DNA of 62,230 bases, filler included, from Candidatus Delongbacteria bacterium (GTDB lineage: Bacteria; UBA4055), in the NCBI GenBank assembly GCA_016937995.1. It is 6 parts of 6 records of this genome, joined end to end, with 100 filler letters (N's around TTAATTAATTAA, not from the genome) between each part and the next. Parts side by side here need not be neighbours in the genome. Positions count along the whole stretch, not along the records: positions 25,105 to 35,631 come from JAFGVM010000069.1; positions 35,732 to 45,481 come from JAFGVM010000070.1; 4 more parts are not named here. The stretch is one strand, 5' to 3'. The first letter of the stretch is position 1; every line of letters starts with the position of its first letter. The notes under the pieces were generated by a model. The model was not told the origin of the DNA and did no database searches. It saw only the letters and a program-made list of their open reading frames with translations. The position numbers were made by a program, and so were the translations under genes. This document shows positions 32,059-41,738 of this stretch, one piece after another.

Positions 32059-32170
32059 GTATTCATTTTCTGTTCATATAATTTTTCATTTCTTTACTAA
32101 ATTACTCTTTTTATTTCACAAGAGCAATATAACTTTAAGCTATGCTAAATAGTGTTACTCCAAGAACTTG

Positions 32171-33913
32171 TTACATATCAGATAAATTTTTCCCGACATT
32201 TTCTTTAAGAACGCTTTCGAACAGGTAAATAAACTCAACGAGATTTTCAAACAGCTTCTTACTGTATTCCGGCTCGCCATTACGGGTTTGCTGTCTGTCT
32301 TTATAATGAACAGCTATTTCTCCAGCAAGAAATGTGACGAGCCTCTGAGAAATTTTTGATTCGCCTTTCTTGGTTTTTTGCACTCTCTGTTCAAAATCAG
32401 AATGTTTTCTGTATATTATCACATCATTGCCGATAAGCTGAGATCGTAGCTGAATGTCATTTTCATCAACAGGCGGTTCTGTATCAACTATCTTTATATT
32501 GAAACCGCTCTTTTTTCTTTCTTTTCCTTTGAATTCAGAATCATCGAACAGACTTTCTTCGCCGTTTACAGGAAATTTATCGCCTTCTTTATTTCCGCCT
32601 CCGATTTCATCACCTTCCTGACCGCTCGGTCCTGCTCCCGCACCTTTTTCTTCATTTTCCCTGCTGTTTCCTTCCTCTTCAATATCATAATCTTTGCTTC
32701 CGGTGCCTATCCCTCCCAGACCTTCTTCCAACGACTGACCGCTTGTACCTTTACCCAGATTTAAATCATTTCCTTTCAGGAATTGTGTTCTGAAATTCAT
32801 TGAATCTTTTCTTGCCAGTTTAGACAATGCTTTATTCAGTTTATTCTCCAAAGCTTCGTAGTGCTTGTCCTCACTTTCCTTGTTGACTTCCTTTATGACA
32901 TCGAGAATTAATGGTTCGAGTTCGATCAATTCATAAAACAGAGCTTTTGAGCGGTCGTTATTTTTAAAATCATTCCTCGCTATTGTAGGTTCAAGGAAAT
33001 CCGAAAGATCTATGTAGCCTGTCATGTTGGGATGTCCCCAAATATCGTTCTTATGTTTAGATACAAACATGCGGACTTCTTTTATCTCGGCAATTCTCCT
33101 GCCTTTTGTAATAAATACCGGCGGTTTGTTAATTGTCTTTCCTTTGGTAACTTTCAAATATATTTTTACCGGCAGGATCGAACTGAATTTGACAAGTCTT
33201 CTGTTTTTATTTCCCTTTATGAATTTGAACTCATGCAATGTATCGGAGTATTCCTCACCCTCATAGATGCCGTAATCAAACGGAAGGCACAAAAACTCCG
33301 ATCCTGTTTCTTCTTTTATCAGCTTTATTTCAAGATTCTTTCTGCTTAAGAGTAATTCAAAGTGTTTTTCAATTTCTGTTTTTATTTCATCAAAATCGAT
33401 CTGCTTCCACATTGTTCTGTCAAAAGACTTTAAAATGATCTTTGTCCCTGACTGCCCTTTGTAATTAATAAGCCTAGGATCCTGAAATGAAACATCTTCC
33501 TGATGATCTGTATCAAATTGTTTTCTGTTGATAGTTATTGTTTTAGCTTTCGAATCACCTTTATACTTGGATATGATCTTTAATTCTTTACACGCGGCCA
33601 TAAACGAATAAATCCCGTAACCGAACTGACCGTTTGTCCAAGGCTGGGCTTTTTTGTCAGAATTTCCGATTTCTTGAACGACTTTGTTAAAATTTGATAT
33701 ACCTGCACAATTATCTTCAATTTCCACAGAATCTTTCTTAACTTTCAAAGTTATCCTGATCATTTTTTTATAAGAATCTGATCCCGGATCAAAATACTCT
33801 TCAGCACTGTCTATAGAATTATCAATGTATTCCATGAAAATACGGTTTGTGTCGTTGTATAAAGTAGCAATAGAAGGTATGATCCGCGGTGAAATATGTA
33901 ATTTGATCGTCAT
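32171..33913 (-). CDS. GHKL (MORC/HATPase_c_3-like) ATPase with acidic Gly-rich linker
   Basis: EYIDNSIDS, EDNCAGI, GQFGYG, GTKI Bergerat-fold motifs. Confidence 0.8.
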   Translation of the reverse strand: MTIKLHISPRIIPSIATLYNDTNRIFMEYIDNSIDSAEEYFDPGSDSYKKMIRITLKVKKDSVEIEDNCAGISNFNKVVQEIGNSDKKAQPWTNGQFGYGIYSFMAACKELKIISKYKGDSKAKTITINRKQFDTDHQEDVSFQDPRLINYKGQSGTKIILKSFDRTMWKQIDFDEIKTEIEKHFELLLSRKNLEIKLIKEETGSEFLCLPFDYGIYEGEEYSDTLHEFKFIKGNKNRRLVKFSSILPVKIYLKVTKGKTINKPPVFITKGRRIAEIKEVRMFVSKHKNDIWGHPNMTGYIDLSDFLEPTIARNDFKNNDRSKALFYELIELEPLILDVIKEVNKESEDKHYEALENKLNKALSKLARKDSMNFRTQFLKGNDLNLGKGTSGQSLEEGLGGIGTGSKDYDIEEEGNSRENEEKGAGAGPSGQEGDEIGGGNKEGDKFPVNGEESLFDDSEFKGKERKKSGFNIKIVDTEPPVDENDIQLRSQLIGNDVIIYRKHSDFEQRVQKTKKGESKISQRLVTFLAGEIAVHYKDRQQTRNGEPEYSKKLFENLVEFIYLFESVLKENVGKNLSDM

Positions 33914-34100
33914 AACAGAATCCTTTTATATAATGCTCTGTTCACCATTGTAATTAGCTTAAAAAAAGATAAAATAACAACTAAATTTTTAATTTCAGTC
34001 TTCCGATTTTAGCGGATAACTCAAAACCATATTGCGCATATCCGCAAAATGGTCCAATACTTATAGCTACCTGGGGACAATTTGTACCCATGTAGGTATA

Positions 34101-34238
34101 TCAATTCTGTATATGTACAAAGGACTGCGGTGGAATCTTATTGAAATCAGAACTGATATCTAAAGGTCTTTCATACTTTTTTGTGCCGTCGAATATCTTA
34201 TCAGCATATTTAGGCTTAATTGACAATAATACTTTCAT
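34101..34238 (-). pseudogene. ASCH/PUA-domain gene with an internal in-frame deletion (45 aa)
   Basis: Manual translation MKVLLSIKPKYADKIFDGTKKYERPLDISSDFNKIPPQSFVHIQN*; family N-terminal (LLSIKP..GTKKYE) and C-terminal (PPQSF) motifs are directly fused; ATG 1 bp after the RhuM-family stop. Confidence 0.75.
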
Positions 34239-34239
34239 T

Positions 34240-35307
34240 TCATTTCCCGTACTTAGCCCGTTCCTCCATCAATAGTCTAAGATGATCATCGAAATCCGAC
34301 TTGTAATAGTGATCCTGCTTTTCTTTGAATTTAGCGAACTCTTTCTCCGCAAGCTCTATAGCCAGCTCATGGGTTACTTTTCCGGCATCGGACAATATGT
34401 CTTTTTCATTGAATTTCAAGAAACTGTCAAGTTTTTCCTTCCAGTCTTTCATATACATAAGTTTGCGGTTCTTTGCCTGAAATTCTGCATAGTTCAAATA
34501 CAGTTCCACGATCCTGTTCAGGCTGTCGAGTTCATCTTCGTTCAGGTAATTTTTCGCTATACTTACATCCGCTTTACGGATCGCTCCGCCCTGTGAATTT
34601 TTCCAGTTCGTAAGTCCCATATTCTCTTTTTTGCTGTCAGCTCTTTCAGATATGATCTCCGCAGCGGTCTTTCCTGTAATCGCCCAATGTAACTTATTCT
34701 GAACATGAGCAAAAAATTCCTGAGTTTCTTCGCTGTCCTTATCGTAATCGGTGCTGCACTGGGCGTAAATGTCAGTGATCTTTTGATAGAACCTTCTCTC
34801 GCTTGATCTGATATCTCTGATTCTGGCAAGCTGCTCTTCGAAATAATCTTTACCGAATACATACTGCGGGTTTTTCAGGCGTTCGTCGTCCATAGTAAAA
34901 CCCTTGATGATATACTCTTTCAGCCTTTCTGTCGCCCAAATTCTGAATTGAGTCGCCTGTTTAGAGTTTACGCGATATCCGACAGAGATTATAGCATCAA
35001 GGTTATAGAATTTTGTTGAATATTTTTTCCCGTCACTGGCAGTATGTTCCAAAATGGAACTAACTGAATCTTCTTTAAGCTCCTGATCCTGAAAAATATT
35101 CTTCAGATGCTTTGTAATTGCAGGTCTTTGAACTCCGAAAAGTTCAGCTATCTTAGCCTGTGTTAGCCAAAGATTTTCATCCCTTAAGAAAACTTCCACT
35201 TTTACCTTTCCGCTGGGTGATGAATATATCATCAGCTTCGTAAACGAATTTTCCGCTATCATATTTTTTTTCTTTTTCATCTCATTTCCCATCTTTACTT
35301 CCCTCAT
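34240..35307 (-). CDS. RhuM family (virulence RhuM) DNA-binding protein
   Basis: WLTQAKIAELF, YNLDAIISVGYRVNS, RDIRSSERRFYQK, IAKNYL motifs. Confidence 0.92.
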   Translation of the reverse strand: MREVKMGNEMKKKKNMIAENSFTKLMIYSSPSGKVKVEVFLRDENLWLTQAKIAELFGVQRPAITKHLKNIFQDQELKEDSVSSILEHTASDGKKYSTKFYNLDAIISVGYRVNSKQATQFRIWATERLKEYIIKGFTMDDERLKNPQYVFGKDYFEEQLARIRDIRSSERRFYQKITDIYAQCSTDYDKDSEETQEFFAHVQNKLHWAITGKTAAEIISERADSKKENMGLTNWKNSQGGAIRKADVSIAKNYLNEDELDSLNRIVELYLNYAEFQAKNRKLMYMKDWKEKLDSFLKFNEKDILSDAGKVTHELAIELAEKEFAKFKEKQDHYYKSDFDDHLRLLMEERAKYGK

Positions 35308-35552
35308 GTTAAATTTACTCTTTTACGCTACTAAGAGCAAGATAACATTAGCTAACGGTCAAATAGTGACCTTTTGATAAAAAAAGTCATACTGAGCGGA
35401 GTCGAAGTATAGACTTTTTTAATTTAGAAATTAGAAGTCAGAGGTAATTCTCCATTTTCCTTTGCTTTTATACTCTTTTGATTTCAATTATTAATTATTC
35501 ATTGTTAATTATTAATTGCTTTTCCATCCCAAACTACGCGAATCCATGAGCC

Positions 35553-35631
35553 ACCTCATACCTCATACCTCATACCTCATACCTCATACTTCATACTTCA
35601 TACTTCATACTTCATACTTCATACTTCATAC
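35553..35631. repeat. Heptamer tandem repeat (ACCTCAT)n grading into (ACTTCAT)n
   Basis: About 11 copies up to the contig end. Confidence 0.95.
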
Positions 35632-35731
35632 NNNNNNNNNNNNNNNNNNNNNNNNNNNNNNNNNNNNNNNNNNNNTTAATTAATTAANNNNNNNNNNNNN
35701 NNNNNNNNNNNNNNNNNNNNNNNNNNNNNNN
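35632..35731. other. Artificial contig spacer
   Basis: N44-TTAATTAATTAA-N44. Confidence 0.99.
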
Positions 35732-35803
35732 AAAAAAAAACTTGACTTCAATTTTCGCTATGTAAACATTTTTTAGAAAATTTCAGCTTTACAAAAAAAA
35801 AAC

Positions 35804-35832
35804 TTGACTTCAATTTTCTAAAGAATTATATT
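35804..35832 (+). promoter_or_regulatory. Sigma70-type promoter of tRNA-Lys
   Basis: TTGACT-17bp-TATATT preceded by an A-tract. Confidence 0.65.
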
Positions 35833-35849
35833 TGCGACTGCTTTTACCG

Positions 35850-35922
35850 GGGAGAGTAGCTCAGTCGGTAGAGCACCGCCCTTTTAAGGCGATGGTCGAC
35901 GGTTCGAGCCCGTCCTCTCTCA
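35850..35922 (+). tRNA. tRNA-Lys(TTT)
   Basis: Cloverleaf; anticodon loop CTTTTAA; T-arm GACGG-TTCGAGC-CCGTC. Confidence 0.95.
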
Positions 35923-35925
35923 CAA

Positions 35926-35953
35926 AAGAGCCCTGAAAATTCAGGGCTTTTTT
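35926..35953 (+). terminator. Rho-independent terminator
   Basis: AGCCCTGAA-AA-TTCAGGGCT plus T-run. Confidence 0.8.
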
Positions 35954-35971
35954 AATTATTAAATCTTTTTT

Positions 35972-37141
35972 TTACGTTTTATCCGGGTATTTCTCAGAAA
36001 TAGATCTGATAATATCTAAAGATTTAAAAAATGCATCAACTACTTCAGGATCGAACTTGACTCCCGACATTTTTCTGATCTCGGCAAGAACATCCTCCTC
36101 CTTCCAAGCTTCCTTATAAACCCTTTTACATGATAAAGCATCATATACATCTGCTACAGCGACGATCCTGCCGAAAATGGAAATATCTTTTTCCTTAGGA
36201 TGAAGTGGATATCCTGTACCATTCCAGTTTTCATGATGAGACAAAGCAATAGTGGAGGCAATTTCGTCGAAGCGTGATTGTTTGTCAATAAACAGATCTG
36301 CACCTAAAGTTGTATGGGTTTTCATCACTTCAAACTCTTCCTCGGTCAATTTTGCAGGTTTTTTAAGTATTGTATCAGATATAGCTATCTTCCCAACATC
36401 GTGCAACATTGCTGCCATTCTCAGAAGATCCCGATTAGAATCGATTTCCTCTCTGTCAACTCCCTTCTCAACAGCCCATCTTTCATAGATCTCAACGGAA
36501 TAAGCCGCGACCCTGTTTACATGAGCACCAGTTTCTTTAGGATCTCTTAATTCAGCCATGTGGATCATTCTCAGTAAAAGTGCTCTTGTCATCTTAGCAT
36601 TTTTCATTGCAATGCTGGCTGTAGATGCAAAATGTCTTATAAACAACGCATCATCTTCAGAAAAAGGTATAATATTTCCTTTCCCGTCTCTTGCATTAAT
36701 TATCTGTAAAACTCCTATTATATCTTCAGTTTCAAACCGCAATGGTACAGCTAACATTGATACTGTTTTGTAATCTGCTTTTTTATCAAACTCAGGATCA
36801 AATGTATAAGGACATTCATTCGATATTTTTCCAACATCCGGAATATTAAGAGTTTCTCCGGTAGAAGCTACATAACCGGCTATTGAATATTCGTCTATCA
36901 AAATACTGAAATTTCTGTAGAGCAACTTCTCCCCTTTTGGAAGACGTTTTTGAAGAGTGTCATTCTGAGCATGACTGAAATGTAGTAGATCACCCTCTTT
37001 AGTGTATATTGTTCCTGCATCAGCATTCACACTAGATCTGGCTTCAGTAAGTACTCTTTCAAGTAAAATATCAATGTCTTTTATATTGCTGAATTCCGAA
37101 CTTATTCTTAAAATTTCTTTTAATTTTTTATTTTCATTCAT
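35972..37141 (-). CDS. GAF + HD-GYP domain cyclic-dinucleotide phosphodiesterase
   Basis: N-terminal GAF domain; LHDVGK, HHENWNGTGYP, ADVYDAL motifs. Confidence 0.92.
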   Translation of the reverse strand: MNENKKLKEILRISSEFSNIKDIDILLERVLTEARSSVNADAGTIYTKEGDLLHFSHAQNDTLQKRLPKGEKLLYRNFSILIDEYSIAGYVASTGETLNIPDVGKISNECPYTFDPEFDKKADYKTVSMLAVPLRFETEDIIGVLQIINARDGKGNIIPFSEDDALFIRHFASTASIAMKNAKMTRALLLRMIHMAELRDPKETGAHVNRVAAYSVEIYERWAVEKGVDREEIDSNRDLLRMAAMLHDVGKIAISDTILKKPAKLTEEEFEVMKTHTTLGADLFIDKQSRFDEIASTIALSHHENWNGTGYPLHPKEKDISIFGRIVAVADVYDALSCKRVYKEAWKEEDVLAEIRKMSGVKFDPEVVDAFFKSLDIIRSISEKYPDKT

Positions 37142-37160
37142 TTTCCTGCTCCCCGTATAA

Positions 37161-37691
37161 CTAATACTCTATTCCTTTTTTTGCTTTAATTCCAGAGTCA
37201 TAAGAATGTTTGATCTTCAGCATCTCTGTCACAGTATCAGCGATCTCAATCAATCTGCTGTCAGCATTCCTTCCTGTTAATATAATATCCACATTTTCCG
37301 GTCTGTTTTTTATGGTATTTATCAGTTCAAGTGTATCAATAAATTTATAATTTGTAACGTAGGTTATCTCATCCAAGACAATAAGATCATAATCTCCCGA
37401 GTTGATCTTTTCCTTTGCAAGTTCAAAACCTTCCAGTGCAATTTCTTTATCTTTTTCAATATCCTCGGAATTCCAGGTAAATCCTCTACCTGAAATATGC
37501 CATTCAACATTTTTTTGCTCTCTAAAGAATTTCACTTCTCCGTATTCACCGGGGGATTTAATGAATTGTATCACACATACTTTTTTACCGTGTCCCAGTG
37601 CTCTGGTTATCGTTCCGAAAGCAGCAGTGCTTTTACCTTTTCCATCACCGGTATTTATGATTATCTGACCATTTCCCATATTAGATCCCAT
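37161..37691 (-). CDS. cobO: Cob(I)alamin adenosyltransferase CobO/BtuR
   Basis: TGDGKGKSTAA, IQFIK, LDEI, LTGR, GIEY motifs. Confidence 0.93.
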   Translation of the reverse strand: MGSNMGNGQIIINTGDGKGKSTAAFGTITRALGHGKKVCVIQFIKSPGEYGEVKFFREQKNVEWHISGRGFTWNSEDIEKDKEIALEGFELAKEKINSGDYDLIVLDEITYVTNYKFIDTLELINTIKNRPENVDIILTGRNADSRLIEIADTVTEMLKIKHSYDSGIKAKKGIEY

Positions 37692-37820
37692 AATATATTT
37701 ATATCATCCGATAATCATACATTGTACAATGTAATTTGTAAATTGTCAATTATTTCATAGCATTTCAATGTTAGTTTTTTTACATTAACAACAAAGAAAC
37801 TAACTAAAACCTGCCGAATT

Positions 37821-40784
37821 ATGCCTGATCTAATCAATAAATTTGAACGATACTATTTTGAAGATACAAAATTTGAACTGTTAATGCCTGAAAGAATTTC
37901 TGAAATTCTGTTAATCTGTACGGACTATGATGCTTTTATGCTTGAGGAAGACGGACGGATCGAAGAGCAGGTTTTTAGAGAATACGGCGCTCTGAACTTA
38001 CGATTCCCTCCTCATTTTCACAGGGTTACATCTATAAAAGAAGCTAAAAAATTGTTAGCTGAAAAAGATTTTGATCTGATTATAACTATGCACTCACATG
38101 GTTTCTGGGATGCTTTTAAGATCAATTCAGAACTAAAAAGCCTGTATCCTCAAAAACCTATCGTTGTTCTTGCTCCTTTTTCAAGAGATGTACTCGATAA
38201 ATATGAAACTCTGGAACATGGAGGTTCAGACTTTGTTTTTTCATGGCTGGGAAATTCTGACATTTTATTAGCTATAATTAAGCTTATTGAGGATAAATTA
38301 AATGTTGAGCATGATGTTAAGATAGTAGGTGTTCAGACTATTATCCTTGTAGAAAATTCTATCAGATATTACTCAAGTTATCTACCTGAACTTTATAAAA
38401 CAATAATGAGTCAGACCCACAGTGTAATGAGTGAGTACATGAACGAACATCAGAAAAATTTGAGAATGAGAGGAAGGCCAAAGATATTACTAGCTACAAA
38501 TTATGAAGAAGCAATTGATCTATATGAACGTTACAAGCATAATCTACTCGGAATAATTACTGATGTAGAGTTTGAAAGAAATAAAATTCACGACCATGAT
38601 GCCGGAATTAAACTTAGTGAACATGTTCGAAAAGAAGATAACCGTTTACCTATCCTGATGCAATCTTCAAATGAGAATAACAGGTCAAGAGCAAAAAAAT
38701 TAAATGCAGGATTCATTAACAAACAATCTAATATCCTTCTGAACGAGCTGGTCGATTTTGTTCAGGTCAGGTTTGGATTTGGGGATTTTATTTTTCGTGA
38801 TCCGGTAGATCTTGAACCAGTCGCAACTGCTTCAAACCTGAGAGAACTTCAGAAATGCTTAAAAGATATTCCTGCTGAGTCTCTGGCCCATCATGCAAAC
38901 AATGATCATTTTTCTAAATGGTTAAGGGCAAGGACCCTGTTCCCTCTGGCTAATATCTTCAGATCAAAGAAAATAAATGATTTCCGATCAACAGATGATA
39001 TCAGAGAGTATCTGATAAACATTATCAAATATTATCGCAGAAGCAGCAGTAGAGGTATCATAGCACACTTTAATAAAGACAGATTCGACGAAGTATCCGG
39101 ATTTTCCAGGCTGGGACACGGACAGCTTGGAGGTAAAGCAAGAGGTTTGGCTTTCTCAGATTATATTCTAAAAAAACATAGAATGAATTTTAAATATGAC
39201 AAGATTGTTCTATCAATACCTCAAACAGTTGTATTGGCTACAGATGTTTTTAAGGAGTTCATGGATATTAATAAGCTTTATGATATAGCTTATTCTTCGG
39301 AAGATGATAAATTTATCCTGGACACTTTTATCAGAGCAAGATTTCCAGAATCGGTCATGCCTGACCTAAGAATTTTAATGGAAAGGATGGTTAGACCTTT
39401 AGCGATAAGATCATCAAGTCTTCTGGAGGATTCAACCTATCAGCCATTCGCAGGGATATATTCAACATATATGATCCCGAACAACGATTCAAATTTTAAA
39501 GTCCGGTTAACTGAACTTTGCGATGCTATCAAATGTGTGTTCGCTTCAACTTTCTTTACGAACAGTAAAAAATATCTAAAGGCTACAAAAAATGTTATTG
39601 ATGAAGAAAAGATGGCAGTTATCATTCAGGAGATCTCAGGTAGAACTTATGGCAATATACATTATCCGACTTTTTCGGGAGTTGCAAGATCCATAAATAA
39701 TTATCCTACCGGTTATGAAAAAGCCGATAGACCAATCGTTAACATTGCAGCGGGATTGGGTAAAACTATTGTTGATGGAAAAACATCTTTAAGGTTCTCA
39801 CCTGATTTTCCAAAGAATGTAATTCAGACTTCATCAACCGAGTCTACTTTGAAAAATACTCAAAAGAAATTTTATGCACTGGACCTGCAGGAAGACTCTT
39901 TTAGACCGAACACTGATGACAGTATGAATCTTCTGGAGCAGGATATATATGAAGGAGTGAAAAATGAATCATTTGAAAGTATAGTGTCCACTCTCGATTA
40001 TGAGAACAACGTAATAAGAGACAATTTTCACTATCAGGGTCCAAAATTCATGACTTTTGCAAATATTCTGAAAAGACAGACATTCCCGTTAAGTGAAATA
40101 TTGATAGACATTCTTTCTCTTCTGGAGAGAACGATGAATAATCCTGTCGAAATTGAGTTTGCTGTTAACATTGACCCGTTCAATAATATAAATTATTTTG
40201 ATCTCCTGCAGGCAAGACCGATAGTTTCAGGATTTGAATCACTCGACATTGATGTTGAAAAGTCTGATGATAAAAGTTCCATTATTAAATCGAACAATGC
40301 CTTGGGGAACGGATCTATCGAAAATATTTTTGATATCATATATGTTAAACCTGAATCGTTTGATCACTCAAAGACATTGAAGATCATGGATACAATTAAA
40401 GTACTTAATGCTAAAATGATAAAACATAAGAAAAAATATATTCTGATCGGTCCGGGAAGATGGGGAACTTCAGATCCATGGTTGGGTATGCCTGTTAAAT
40501 GGGCAGATATTTCTCAAGCATCAGTAATTGTTGAGGCCGGATTAAAAGATTTCATTATTGAGCAGAGTCAGGGATCTCATTTTTTTCACAACATAACAAC
40601 TTTCGGTATAATATATTATACGGTCAACCCCTTTAAAAACGATGGTTATTATGATGTTGAATTTCTTGGCAAACAAAAAGCTCTATTCGAAGATGAATTT
40701 GTTAAGCACATCCGTTTTAAAAAACCGGTTATCGTTAAAACTGACGGCAGATCAGGTAATGGTGTTATATTAAAACCCGTCTAA
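37821..40784 (+). CDS. Receiver-like domains fused to a PEP synthase/PPDK N-terminal (ATP-grasp) domain
   Basis: LGGKARGL, AIRSSSLLED, FAGIYST, EIEFA, LLQARP; C-terminal GPGRWG..SQGSHF; no PEP-binding barrel. Confidence 0.85.
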   Translation: MPDLINKFERYYFEDTKFELLMPERISEILLICTDYDAFMLEEDGRIEEQVFREYGALNLRFPPHFHRVTSIKEAKKLLAEKDFDLIITMHSHGFWDAFKINSELKSLYPQKPIVVLAPFSRDVLDKYETLEHGGSDFVFSWLGNSDILLAIIKLIEDKLNVEHDVKIVGVQTIILVENSIRYYSSYLPELYKTIMSQTHSVMSEYMNEHQKNLRMRGRPKILLATNYEEAIDLYERYKHNLLGIITDVEFERNKIHDHDAGIKLSEHVRKEDNRLPILMQSSNENNRSRAKKLNAGFINKQSNILLNELVDFVQVRFGFGDFIFRDPVDLEPVATASNLRELQKCLKDIPAESLAHHANNDHFSKWLRARTLFPLANIFRSKKINDFRSTDDIREYLINIIKYYRRSSSRGIIAHFNKDRFDEVSGFSRLGHGQLGGKARGLAFSDYILKKHRMNFKYDKIVLSIPQTVVLATDVFKEFMDINKLYDIAYSSEDDKFILDTFIRARFPESVMPDLRILMERMVRPLAIRSSSLLEDSTYQPFAGIYSTYMIPNNDSNFKVRLTELCDAIKCVFASTFFTNSKKYLKATKNVIDEEKMAVIIQEISGRTYGNIHYPTFSGVARSINNYPTGYEKADRPIVNIAAGLGKTIVDGKTSLRFSPDFPKNVIQTSSTESTLKNTQKKFYALDLQEDSFRPNTDDSMNLLEQDIYEGVKNESFESIVSTLDYENNVIRDNFHYQGPKFMTFANILKRQTFPLSEILIDILSLLERTMNNPVEIEFAVNIDPFNNINYFDLLQARPIVSGFESLDIDVEKSDDKSSIIKSNNALGNGSIENIFDIIYVKPESFDHSKTLKIMDTIKVLNAKMIKHKKKYILIGPGRWGTSDPWLGMPVKWADISQASVIVEAGLKDFIIEQSQGSHFFHNITTFGIIYYTVNPFKNDGYYDVEFLGKQKALFEDEFVKHIRFKKPVIVKTDGRSGNGVILKPV

Positions 40785-40791
40785 TTTTATT

Positions 40792-41499
40792 CTAAATTTT
40801 CCCTGTCTCAAAATATTCGCTGATAATTTTTTTTATTTTCGATGCAGCAGTGGTTGCCCGTTCATAAAATGTATATGTAAAAATAGAGTCGTCTATTGCA
40901 AATGACTTATCCAGATTATTCAAAATCGAATATCTTGTGTATGAAGCAAATTGAGATACAGGAAGCACTTCCCCGCTTGTTCCGATTATTACAAGCAGAT
41001 CGGTTTTCATCAATTCATTATACAGCCTCTGATACATTGGAGCAGGTTCACCGAACATAACAACGTTATGTCTGAGAGAGTGACTTTTACACTCAGGACA
41101 TTCTGAGAATTCTTTTATAGATCTGTACTCAATGTCAAATTCATTCCCGCAAACTTCACACTTAAGCTCTCTTAACTTACCATGAAGATGTATTACTTCC
41201 TTACAACCTGATTTTTCCAACAGATCATCAACATTTTGAGTCATAACTGTAATATTTCCAGGGTATTTTTCTTTTAATCCACTTATCATAAAATGCGAAT
41301 CATTAGGTAATTTATCACTTATATCTTTTCTTCTTTTATCGTAAAAATCAAGAACAAGCTGCCTATCCTGAATAAATCCCTGAACGGAACATACTTCCAT
41401 AACATTGTGCTCTTCCCACATACCATTGTTGGACCTGAAGGTCCTTATGCCAGATTCAGCTGATAACCCAGCCCCGCTTAATATTAAAACTTTATTCAT
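40792..41499 (-). CDS. cobB: NAD-dependent protein deacylase (sirtuin)
   Basis: GAGLSAESGIRTFR, TQNVD, HLHG, Zn-binding CxxC pairs, IGTS. Confidence 0.92.
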   Translation of the reverse strand: MNKVLILSGAGLSAESGIRTFRSNNGMWEEHNVMEVCSVQGFIQDRQLVLDFYDKRRKDISDKLPNDSHFMISGLKEKYPGNITVMTQNVDDLLEKSGCKEVIHLHGKLRELKCEVCGNEFDIEYRSIKEFSECPECKSHSLRHNVVMFGEPAPMYQRLYNELMKTDLLVIIGTSGEVLPVSQFASYTRYSILNNLDKSFAIDDSIFTYTFYERATTAASKIKKIISEYFETGKI

Positions 41500-41738
41500 C
41501 TCACCAATTTTGTTAATAGTTATATGTAAACACTGATAAATTTAGTGAAACTATTTGATTTATCAAATTAATTTTTCTCATGTTTTTGTGAGTCAGGTAA
41601 CAAAATAGATGATTTGCATAGTAAAAAAACTATAATAAATTTCTTGACAAGGTTTATACACTAAATTATATTGATTCCCGTCAATATAAAAATAGATAGC
41701 TAAAATAGATAAAAACCAAAACCAAAAAGGGAGTAAAC

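Noticed and set aside
35341-35371. TAACATTAGCTAACGGTCA resembling both arms of the cassette site
   Set aside because: Half-sites are in tandem rather than inverted and the TGG(A/C)AAAA stem is absent; probably chance
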